The notes beneath the pieces were generated by a model. That model was not told where the DNA came from, ran no database searches, and was given only the letters and a program-made list of their open reading frames with translations. Shown here piece by piece: positions 1 to 11,998 of a DNA stretch of 64,000 nucleotides. The stretch's first letter is position 1. Every line of letters begins with the position of its first letter. The DNA comes from Kudoa neothunni (taxonomy: Eukaryota; Animalia; Cnidaria): the NCBI GenBank assembly GCA_964304625.1, contig OZ199840.1, forward strand, positions 10,689,844 to 10,753,843, in the 5' to 3' direction. The translations under genes and the position numbers were made by a program.

Positions 1-1584
1 CCTGCTGCATTGGATGTAAACTCCTCGATCAAAAAATCCAATAGATATTGTTATATAGAATACTTTGAAGGAGATACCCTTGGAGGACTTGAAAACCTAT
101 TTCGTTATCAAAGTATTTGACCAATTTAGTCGGTAGGCACTTTTTAACGGATCTATTTATTTAGAAACCACTTAAAAAAACTCAAAGTATAATGATTAAA
201 GAAGCCGACAAAAAAACTGAACTTCTCAATCTCAGTTTGGCGCATGTATAAATTTTTCTGATAATTTATAAATGATTCTAACACAGAATATGAACATATT
301 TCTATGGAATCTCAAACAAGACGTACAAGATTTTATCAAAATTATTGACAGGGTGGATCCTGAGAATCAAATCGCTTACGACAGGATTTCACAGCTTGAA
401 AATGTTATCACCAAAAACGACCTCTCCTCATTTTTCAAGCAGATAGTAAAAGATGATTCGGCTCTGGTGTCCAATTTGAGTAACCCTAGCATGTTTCTAT
501 ACAGCATATACAAGTAATACCAACTCAACAATTGACAGCATAAAATATTTGATTTGATTCTTTATAGAATTAAAGGTTATAAGGAAAAATTGTCCTTTTT
601 AAAACTACGAAAATCTTTCGACGAAACTTATGATTTATTAATCTCAAATTTTGACCGTAACACAACGAAAATTACGTTTGAATTGTGGCGGATATTTGAT
701 ATAGAAATTAGTCAAGCGTATAAAAAAATCAAAAACTCGGGTAACCTCCAAAAAGTACTCCACCTCATTTTACACGTTGGCAACTCTTTGAATACAGACG
801 CTCACAACCAGGTCAAAGGTGCGGTCTTTTTCCTACACTTCGTTTAATTGGTTTTAACTCTAATAGGTTTTAAAATAAATTCTTTGACTAAACTTGAGGA
901 GACCATTGCTACACAAAACAAGTTCTCATTGCTGAACTATATGGTTTATTTAATTGGTCAAAAAGTGATAACTTTAACATTTGTTCTTCCATTATAATTT
1001 TATGTAGATTCATGAAGCATACAACATTAATGAAGAGCTATCAATTGTTGTCGATGCATCAAAAAAAGAGTTTATTTCTTTTTTTATTGGTGTTGGATAC
1101 AACTAAATATATTTTTTAGTTACGCTCAATTGTTGATGGCTTACAGTGAATTTATGGAGGAAATAAACGTAATTATATTCCCTTATTTATCACAAATAAA
1201 TTTAACTGATGTAAAAAGAATACAAAGTCAAAGAAAATGCGTTCCAAGGACAATATTCTTGATAAAGCTATCGAACAATTTCACCAAATAAACAATTCGA
1301 AAATAGATGAGGTGAAAAACAAAAAAGCCTCTGTTGTGAAATTGGTGAAGAATTTTGAATTTAGTCAGTAATTTATGCAATTTTTTAATAGATTGATAAA
1401 ACCATGAAAAAATTTGGAGAAAGCGCTTCCAAGGGATCTCCAAACGAATTCCTTAAAATAATTGCCTGTTTTTTGTGCTCCTTCTCCGTAATTTCGCATT
1501 GATTATTTCAATAATTGTATATAAACTTAATTTTAGCGTGCCAAGTTACAAAATGAAAATATTAAAGAGTTTAAAACAACTTAA
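1..1584 (+). CDS. Formin FH2-domain protein, 3' part, multi-exon; 5' end lies outside the window
   Basis: Spliced translation gives FH2-like blocks: ELLNLSLAHNMNIFLW, LQKVLHLILHVGNSLN..VKG|FKINSLTKLEET...FSLLNYMV and FGESASKGSPNEFLKIIACFLCSFS|RAKLQNEN, ending TAA at 1582-1584. Short GT-AG introns join the fragments. Confidence 0.8.
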
Positions 1585-3172
1585 TACTATATTTATTGTT
1601 TTATTTATTTGTTGAATAGTTTCTTAAAAATGTTTTATGATCAATTTGAGCTTTTCTTATCAAATAAGTAATATTTATTTTCGTTAGTAAATAACTGAAC
1701 TAAAATTTTTAATTAATTAATTAATTATAAATTATTTTATTTAATTCCATAGTTGAAAACTTGTCCGATTCAACAATTATCAATGAAAATATCGCAATTT
1801 TTATTTTATTCAATTTTTGGATCATCCTCCATCATTTGTTCAACTAACCTTAAGTGCAAACGACAAACTCTTTCCTAAGTTATAGCTGCATTTTAGTAAC
1901 ATCTCGAAATATCAGAATTGAAAATCCGCCACACTAATTTTACGCCGACAATTCTGCAAGTTGGGTTCGGAATTTTTGTATCCTTCAGGAAATACTAGCG
2001 CTACCTTCCCAGCTAAGATCCATTATTTGAGTATTCTTTAGTGAACAATCTCTTCTGACCATTCTAGAAAGCATATTAATCCATCCAATTAACCAATAAA
2101 AATGATTTAATGTAAAAAATTTTTATTATGCATTTTATGGTTATGATTGTCGAAATTAAATATAAGATTATTTTGGGGATATCTTAAAATTAAAAGAATT
2201 TATACAGCTATAAGAAAACTTAGCAAAATGGATTTTTTCCCCTCAGATTATTTTCCTTTAGCCAACACATACTTATGTATACTCTTTCTTATAACAATCT
2301 GAGCAGCGCTTTAATATCAACCTAAATAACTTAAGAGTTATCTAAATATTATTTATTTGATTAATTTTTCTTAGTTTTAATGGATGAATGGTCATGTATA
2401 AAAATTGAACCTCATCATCTAGGCATAATGTTATGGTTTATTCAAACATGGAACGAAGGACTGTATTACAATTGCTCGAAATTTAAGGAATTGAATAGAC
2501 TTAAAAACAAATTTTGATCAACCAAATTATCAATAATCGTATTGTTGAGCGTTGTTTATTGACAAAATAGTTTTCGTTCCATCGGAAAATATTGAATAAC
2601 TCTACTTTAATTAACTCTTACTAAACCTTTTCCTGAAGTATTATTTTCTTTTGCTGGAACCATAAAATACATAAGAATAAATAGAATGTTGCGCTCTGCA
2701 TCACTTGGATGGTCTTATTCGAATGAGGGAATTTTTCAGCGTATCTACCAAGTTATATCATAACTTTGAAGTCTCTGAGTTAATTATAAAATAATGTAAC
2801 ATTTATATATATAGTTATATATTAGTTTTATTTAAAAAGAATTTGATTCGCCCAGATGTCCGGTTTGGGTTGGCAATGCTGATATAGAATACAGTCGGTT
2901 TTTCGTGGAGCATTTTTACGATTTCGCCAGATAAGTTAAGCATATTTTTAAACTTTTTAACAAAAATAATGTAAAACCGTGTATTTCTCTTTTAATTAAA
3001 TATTATTTCTATATTGGTATTATTTTCTGTCTATAAAACATTTTTTTGGTCGACCAACTAATATTTTTCTCTTTAACTAATTAATCAAATACATTACTGA
3101 GATTAATATAAATTTTTTTATCTCAAAGAAAAATTAAGTTTATCGTAAAATACATTATTAAAAAACTCTTTA

Positions 3173-5291
3173 TTAACACGCCAAGCATTTTTGGGATCCA
3201 GATGGACCCAAGGCCGAATTCATTTCAATTCACTGCTCACTGAACAAGTTAAATTGACCGGATTCAATCACTATTCTTTTAAAATTTTCTATATATTCAT
3301 AATTTAGTTTTAAAATTAGGAATTTTTTGTTTGCTAGGATTTTATATCAAATACTTACACCAAGCAGTTTTGGGGTCCAGGAGGACCTCGCCTTTTTATT
3401 TCACATAAACATTAGCAAAATTATAAAAAATAAAATATTTCAGTCTTGAAAGGTTACATCCATTAAATATTGAGAAAAATCAAGGTTTATGTTCCCGATA
3501 TGTGTCGAGCGATGCTGATTGTTACCGGTCGTTCGAAATGGAAGAGTTATATGATGGTTTTCTAACAAGTTATGATTATGATTTCAGTAAAATTGAAGGT
3601 ATTATTGGAGAATACTTATCTTCACCTCGATATGATAGTTCAGATGATTATGGCATCACGTACACGTATAGAGACAAAAACCATGTGTTATGGCCTTCAG
3701 TTGTGCATTTAAATACAAAAATCAAGCAAAAAACATCTTAAACAAACGTCTAGGTCTGACTGCATTTGTAACATCCCGAATTTGCAATTTATAGGATAAT
3801 TTTACAATTTTTTTATGAGGAATTTTTCAATTCTGCCATTACTCACGCTAATAAATTTGGTGATTTTCATTATGGATGAAAATGGAAAATCTAAAATGGA
3901 GTCTCTTAAGCAATGGTGGAGCTTGAATAAAGGACATCATATACTTCGTAGAATCATGCTGCTGTGTAGGTTCATCCACATAAAAAGAAATGTACACTTT
4001 GTTGACTGCGAGACAAGAGTTTGCGATGAGAAATCGATAAGTTTTTCCTGGTAACCGAGGTTTTCAATAGGTGGAAAAGTATTTTGCCGATGTGTCTGAT
4101 TCCCTGTGCTCATCTTACTGTTTATGAACAATTAGTTTCATTGAGAGACAGGTGTCCTTTTACGCAGTATATTCCCTCAAACTTGCGGTTTGTGTCATTA
4201 AATATTTTTTTTTGACTGACCCTCATACCAATTATAAACGTAACATTTTCGTTTCTCTTGGAGGAAACAATGACCAGATTGCTGAATATGTTGATGAAAA
4301 GATCGTTTTAGAGTTCTGGTCGCACTTGAAAAGGCCAGTGGAAACAAACTTCTTAACCTAGATTTAATCCTTCTGGAGACTATCCGGCGTGATAAACGGA
4401 ATATCTCATTAATTCTTAAAACAAAGGAATAGGGGAAGTTTTTTAGTTCAATTTTTCTAAAAAGGACAATGCGGTCATTTTATTGGCGACGTCCTCAAAC
4501 AATGTTAATTTATGCGATGATCAGACAAAAAATCCCCAAGTTATTGTTGACTATAACAAATCTAAAAGTGTGTGAATATGGTAGATAATATCCCGTCCAT
4601 TACGGAAAAAGGTGTACTTTATGCGCTTGATTCACTGATATAAAAATAAAGAACAAATGTTTAATTGCTCCGAACATCGTTGCCTCGAACATTCAAGAAT
4701 TATTAGTTACAAACGGAAACAAAAAATGACCGGTAAAATTTATTTAATTCCATATTATATTTTTAATTACTAATTTTGAGACTTTCTATCTTAATTTATT
4801 AATCCATATTTTATTATGAATGAATGGCCTCTAGGTGAGCTCGCAACGGTAGGTGTTCCTAATTTTTGTATGGATACCAGGTAGGTAATATTGTATTTTA
4901 TATCATTTCAAAAAATTTTATTAAAAGTTATAACCATCGGTAAAATCAGAATTTTGTTATTACAAGTGAACATAGGTATTTTCTGGTAATATTAGAATTT
5001 TGACAAATTCTACTATCCTGTTAGTATCTAAATAATGCTGTGAAAAGATCATATGATATATTAAAATATAATTTTATTAATATTTAAACTCTAGAATTAT
5101 TAAAAAAGTGTTCAGAAGTCATCGACACAAGTAAATTATGATTATTTCGTAATCGTCCCGGTAAAAAACTTGTTAAAGAATTTAATTATATTTCATAATA
5201 TTGTGTTTCAAAATAAGCAATAAAAATCTGGGGTCCTCCTGACTCCAAAACAGCTTGGTATATGTCGTTTCGGACAAGCTTGGATGGTTAA
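3173..5291 (+). mobile_element. Decayed piggyBac-like transposon with fragmented transposase
   Basis: Frameshifted peptides resemble PGBD transposase (LKQWWSLNKGHHILRRIMLLCRFIHIKRNVHFVD; PQVIVDYNKSKS). Imperfect inverted repeat 3358-3389 vs 5230-5259. TTAA-CACG at 3173. Exact ends uncertain. Confidence 0.7.
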
Positions 5292-5583
5292 ACAAAACCA
5301 AATTTATTCCAAAAACATTTTGTGTAATTTTGGTCAACCTCGCATAATTAAAACTAGAAAGAAAATATGTTCGATTACTGTTTTTATATAAAATATATTT
5401 GCAGCTTGTATACAAAGTTCTCCTCGTTTTAAGCGGTTTGAGAAGTTGAAGGGTAAAATTGTAAACAAAAAAATTATTTTTATAGTTTATAAAATGGTAA
5501 TAAAAATAAATAACTATAAGACACATTCATAGTGTGTGTATACATATTGTAATGATATGTAAAGGATATTATCAAAAATAACG

Positions 5584-6705
5584 TTAGAACAAGTTTCTAA
5601 GGCCGGACCATAATATGATTATGCCAAAAACGTAGATTAGATAGGATGACCACATTATATAAAAAGAATAACTAGGTTGAGCCCTTACTTGAATTTTTGA
5701 TCCGACTGCCGACAGAAAGCTCAAGCCAGAACATATAACAGTTAATATTAGTACTACAGGGTCAATATTATCATAAAAGTACAATGACTGTAGAGAGATT
5801 ACGTCCAAACATCCATAATATTACAGCTATTATTGATAGATGTTTGTATAATATCGAGGGCAGCATCAAAATAAATGGAATCAAAGTCAGGAACGTATAT
5901 ATGACGAGTGTTGAATGAAGAGTCAGCAAATATTTGTTTTTGGTCGCAACTATACGTAACGGTCAAAAATATACATTAATTCTAATACATTACAAAATTC
6001 TTTATAAGGAATTTCAACAAAAACCAGTCGTTTCCATATTTTATCTACATTTAAAATAATGAGTGGAACAAGTTGAAAAGTCATTTTCACAGTTATATTT
6101 CGGTAGAAATATGTAGTCTAGATCCAAGTAAAGAAGAGGAAATTTATCATAGGCTTTCCACCAGAACGCCTTTTCATCCAGCTCTAATTATCGGTTACTT
6201 AATGTCAAATCTATTAATGAATTCTACCGTAAATTATTTTAATATCAAAATTCGGAAAATCTTTGTTAAATAATAGCGGTTAGTTTAAATTCAAGGAATA
6301 AAATATCAAATACTGTCACCAATTAATTTTTTGTCTGCGCCACATGTGAAGATAATTCCATCGCTGAATGCACCACACCCTGCAAATATTCCAGTTGTTC
6401 CTATGGTAGCTTTCTTTTCAGTGTATATCATATTTTGGGATAACATTGCCAATGCAAAGAGCACAATTGATATGGCCAAAAGAATAAGTCCTCCAACAAC
6501 CAAAAACATGGTTTTATACTATAAAATGTTTATAGACGAGCAATCTTAAAAGGTATTTGCTTATGTTTACAGAAGTATGTTTCGAGTTGTTATCTCTTTT
6601 TGAATACCCCTACAAGATATCCATATTTTTGGACAATTTAAAGTGGAAGAAAACTTTTATCTCGGTGCATTCTTGCTGTTGACTTAAAGTTTCAATCTGG
6701 TTCAT
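5584..6705 (-). CDS. Claudin/PMP22-like four-transmembrane protein, multi-exon
   Basis: ATG at 6705. TM1 FLVVGGLILLAISIVLFALAML is followed by GIFAGC-x9-C, like the claudin ECL1 GLW-x2-C-x8-10-C motif. Further hydrophobic helices LVIYTFLTLIPFILML and IIAVILWMFGLLILTVICSGL, then SYSFYIMWSSYLIYVFGIIILW. Exons between 6000 and 6300 are not fully resolved. Confidence 0.6.
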
Positions 6706-7535
6706 CAAAACTTAGAGATTTCCTTGGATTATCCTTTCATATGTGTTTAAAAGATTCTGGAAAATCGCGATAATCTATCTTTTTGATTCTAAGAATTAGT
6801 GAACATCTCTGGAATAGAACAACTAGGTATATGTGAGAGATTCACTCGGTAACTGTATTTGTAGGGAGATTAAAATTAAAGTCATTTTTTCTTCGTATTA
6901 AATAAAAATAAATTAATAAACGGATAGTGCAACTTAAATATATCACAGCATATATTATTCTTAATTCTTTAATTAATAAAAGTAAAAATCAACTAGTGAT
7001 AACGACTACTTTATTTAACAACATTTTTATCCCCTCTCCAATTTCGCACTTTAGTTCTCGTATTGTTAGATTATATACTCAACAATCTTTTTTTTATAAT
7101 GTTTCATATTTCTGCTAGGATACAATAAAATTTTATAAATGAACCTAGAGTAGAATTGCATGCTTATTGTATTATGTTTTCGGCGATACCTATTAATCTG
7201 TTAGTAACAATTGTGTTGAATTTTTATCGTCAATCTTCACCAAAAATAAAACTGAACTACAACTGATCAAACATTTATAATTTCGTCCTAGTTTCATAAT
7301 TGAGAGATGATTGATTATATTACTGATTTTTCACATCAAGGACCTAATTCTAATTCGATAATACCTTGAGCATTATATAATAAACAATTGTTTGTGTTTA
7401 AATTATATTAGAATTTCGTTTTTCCTAAAAAAATTATCTTGAGAACACATGGGAGATATTGGCGCGAAATGATCAGTTTCGATCTGGATCAGTGGATCGG
7501 TAATATTTTGGGTTGGAAAATCGATTAAAAACCAT

Positions 7536-8321
7536 TTAACCCTCTAAGTAAATGGGGCTGATTCCTACCTCAAGGTAATATTGCCAACAATATTATAATG
7601 TATTAATAGAACATGACTCCATTCAAGTTTTTTTACTTTTCTATCTTTATTAAGGCTTTCAAAAAAACGAATTGAATTTTTTTTTCGCTATATCAAAGAA
7701 GTTAAAGTGAAAATACCCTCTAAATTAAATGGGGGTATAAATTTATCCCACAATTTTATTTCATAAATTTATTCAAATTATTGATATATGTCAATCTTGA
7801 AAGTCGATAGAAAATTCTATCGGGTGAATGTTGAATTAATAACCAAAAACAATACACGCGATGCTTTACCGCATGCGCTACGCCAATATATGCATGGCAT
7901 CCTCTCCTGAATATTGCGATAGCGCTCCTAAGATTCTGTTGACTCGTTATCAATTTGCTTATTTTCATATTTTAGAGATAATTCTGGAGAAACATATTGG
8001 ATAACTGTTTTATGAAATAATCATAGTTATCATTTTGTATTTCAGAGTAATATTACGGCGCACTGGGTAAAATAAGATGAATTCTTTGTTTAAATTAAAA
8101 AAATATAAAAATAAGCTTCTAAATACAATCATATTCCAAACGAATACATCAAATGAACATACGTGCAATTCGACATAATATTAATATTTTTCTCATATTT
8201 TGAGAGACAATTCTAATTCTAATTTTTACCTAAAATAACTATAGGAAATAGAAACGTATGATAATTTTCTATCTCATATTTTGTTCGAGGATGTAAATTT
8301 TCCTGCTATTTAGAGAGTTAA
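7536..8321. mobile_element. Possible piggyBac-type non-autonomous element (MITE)
   Basis: Starts TTAACCCTCTAAG and ends TTTAGAGAGTTAA (imperfect terminal inverted repeat with TTAA at both ends). The left-end motif recurs internally near 7716. No coding capacity. Confidence 0.4.
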
Positions 8322-9904
8322 AAAATACAATAATAATTTCAGTAAACTTATAAAAAGGATTAATCTAAAAAATTTTTAAAATACGATATTTTTAACAATT
8401 GTGATTGGTGAAATTAAAATTAGAATCACTTTGGGGTAGGGTTGGCCACAATATGGCCTCCAAGATGTTTTATCCAACTCGCTGTGTTATTTCATCCAAC
8501 AGTCGAGAAACAATAACAAGTTTACTATCAGATCCATTTTTTTATAGATTTGATGAAATATTTACGTGATAGTTACAATAAGAGATATGAATAGTTATTA
8601 AATTTAATCAAGAATATTTGGATAATTTGAAGGGATGAAGCAAAATATGAATTAACGGTAATAAGCGCCCTCATACAAGCTAAGAAAATTTAAAAAAACT
8701 ACTATTTATTAACATGGATTGGCGACTATTATAAACAGATTAGCTTTATTCCAAGAAATAAAATTACTTCACTGAAAATTAACTAATTCAATAATCTATA
8801 CCTGGGGTTCTCAACCGTTTTTTCAAATATACCTCCTCAGTCTGGCGAAAAATCCATATTTACCCTTTTCGTTTGGAAGCCGAATTCAATTTTACTTTAA
8901 GGTTTTATACTCGTTTAACTATTGAAGAGGTTGTACTCAGGATAAATTCTATTCCTAAAAAGCATGTAGGCTTGTGTAATGACAATTTTTAGTCACATCA
9001 ACTCTTACTCACAAACTGTCTACGGATTTAATTTTATAGGTTTGACTAAATTAAATTATTTTTGGTCCTTCCTTCCCTCTTAGGAGTCCAAAATGATTAA
9101 AAATAATCCAAAATATTGGCGCCTAAATATTGTTTATCGTGCAGACGACAAATTTAAGTATTATTATTATTATTATTAGGCTACATCACTAAAGGATAAC
9201 CGAGGCATAAAAGAAGAAGACAGTATATAGTTTTATAAAAATATTTCTAATTAATCATTTTTTAGATATTTTGAGTCCAGTTGTGTGTACGAAATTTATT
9301 TAAATTGACTCAGAGTAAAACTGATTTTAATCTAGTTTCGAATATATAATACAACCTAATAAATAACGTATACGTAACGACGCGCAAACGTTTGATGAAT
9401 TTTAAAGGTTTCGCGCCAAATCATTCACATGACGTATTACATTTATAAACCCTAACACCATCTTTACCATTTGTAAACTACGGAAGATTTATACATTTAA
9501 ATTTGCCATAGTCGATTTTTCTCAGCACTTTTTTCACCCAAAGTAATTTAAAATAATTACATACGTTAGAATCGGCGCATTTCTTCATTAATACCATAAG
9601 TATCAACTTTTAAATACTTACTTTACATCAAATTCACTTACTTTAATTAACACATTTAATTACTATCTATGTTAATCATTCAGTAAGTAAATAATTAAAT
9701 ATATTTAAAACATCATAAAAAGGATTATTTTTACAGAGGTTAATAGAACCCACTAGAATAAAATTCGATAAAATATATGATTTGATAACTATTTTTATTC
9801 AAAGTTAAATTAACAGCTCAATATCTGCAAATTAGTTAAAGCTCAAATATCGTTATCAAGACAACAGTTGAAAATTATTCAGACAATAAAAATGGATCCA
9901 AAAT

Positions 9905-11503
9905 CTAATCTCCCTCTTCGATCAAACGTTCAAGTGCAATGCTTTCTTTTAGGGGTTTCTTCTTTGGCCTAGTTTCTTCGAAAAAGCAGGTGACATCCTT
10001 AGGTTCATGTAGTCCCCGATAATGAGAAGCTTGATCGAAGAATTCGCCATCAAGACTTGCTCTTCGTTTATTTTCTGCCTCAATCACATGTTTGGTGGAA
10101 GGTAGGGCCAAAACTTTGATCACGCCATTTTCAATCCCATAATTGAGGCTGGACGTGTTAGGTATGTCGGTGGCGGCAACAACGCAACCGGTTCGATCAG
10201 CCAGTTCTTGGTGGGTTTCCAGTGAGTAGACAGCACGCAAAAAGGCCTTCACAATACTCACAGGATTGGACGTGGAACCATCAATTTTTGCGTACAAATT
10301 CTGTATCCCAGTCAATTTGCATATATCGCAGATGGTTCGTTGGGCTATTAATCCATATCCTAATAAAAGAATTTTATTAACAAATAAATTAACAATCGAC
10401 ACCAGGCATCTCATTGTTCCCTTTTTGTTGGTATCATTTACCTCTGGGACGTGGATCCAGCGCCACATAGGTGTTATTAAACTTGGCAGCTACCGAGTGT
10501 ATAACTGTCACAGAAATACGTCAATATATAGACATCAATAATTAAGTCAATTTTTACTTGTATGACCATCATAAATTGGAACATGATAAAGATTTTCGAT
10601 AGCTTTATTTCTAGCCTAATAAAAATTCATTCAACGACAATTAATAAAGATAGGTCATAATCGAACTGTGACAAAGTTGCATACCATTTGAACAGCCTGC
10701 ATAACTCTTGGGGATACACAATCTCCCAACCCTAATGCCCCCTTTCCATTGCCAACAATAACAGCAACTCTATAGACCAACAATTTTCGTTCTCTCATCA
10801 TTAATCGTGCTCTTCTAACCTAAATGATTGATGATGGTACATGTATTTGAGTGTGTTCGCCGCAAGTAATATTCGATAGTTGAATGAATAATACTCGAAT
10901 AACTGAACTTTGGTATTCACGGAATTCATCTAAACAAACAACTCTTATTCTGAACATTTTTATTTTTGTTCGATACCATCTCCTTCTATCTCCACAGGGT
11001 ATCCAACGTTTCTACCAAGTAAACTTTTGTTTGTGTAACCGCTGATATTCAATGTTAGATTGTGTGGAGTTAAAAAGGTATCGATATCGTTGATTGTTTT
11101 CAATGCTACAGTAGGACCATTAGAAAAGAAGTTGTTATTTTGTGTAATTTAAACATTCTTCTGATTGGATTACGTTTTCTTTGTTCCGAGGCAACCATAG
11201 AACACATTTGATCCTTGATATCGTTTGGCATAGGGATAGCTTTGTTGAGACCGATCCATTGAACTTTTTCTGTGCCTAATGAATCGAAATTGTCTATATC
11301 TGCTTTTGATAATACACTTATCTGATACCAAATCTAATATGATCTATTTCTATTGGTGTGAATGATTTCTTTTTACGGTGGCGTTTCGAATAATTAAGAC
11401 CTCCAGTTGCACATTTCCATAATTGTTTATAGACATCCCCTGCTACAGACACCCTCGAAGTTGTTGATAAAAGTCTTATTTGTGTTTGGCTAAAGAACCG
11501 CAT
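9905..11503 (-). CDS. MRPS5: Mitochondrial ribosomal protein uS5m, 8 exons
   Basis: Presequence-like start MRFFSQTQIRLLSTTSR. Seven GT-AG introns give an open frame with S5 motifs RVAVIVGNGKGALGLG, QAVQM|ARNKA, VPIYDGHT, PR|GYGLIAQRTICDICKLTGIQNLYAKIDGS..NPVSIVKAF and ETHQELADRTG. Confidence 0.9.
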
Positions 11504-11998
11504 TCAAACTCAATTTTAAAATTTTACTCTATTTGTGCGCATGCGTTGAATATAATTTTTTTTCTCTTTATGAACAGAACCACATAAAGTGTATTTTAAT
11601 TTTTTATCCCATTAAAAAAATATTTTTAACAATAACAATTCAGTTATTTATTTTCATATTTAGATATGAATGTCTGATATGGATATTATCAATAATGTCA
11701 TTTTATCAATGATAAATTATTTACAATACAAACATAAGTGAGACAAAATCCCAAAACCCTCATTAAATAATAATTATAACGCAAAATAGAAGAACAAAAT
11801 TGATTGTTCTCACAACTAAAAAATGCATATTTAATGTTGAATAATCCATCACCACGTACATAGACTAATTGGGGTGCAAAATGAAAGAATCATGTGCCAA
11901 TGATTAAGCTATTTTGTGGAGATCTGTCATTTAAACGATGATTAATAAAATGATCTAACGACGACGACAACGACGAATGCCATCGCCTCGGTTTATTG
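11504..11998. promoter_or_regulatory. Putative bidirectional promoter between MRPS5 and PPP1R21 with NRF1-like motif
   Basis: Start codons diverge about 495 bp apart. TGCGCATGCG at 11536-11545 stands out in a very AT-rich background. Confidence 0.5.
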
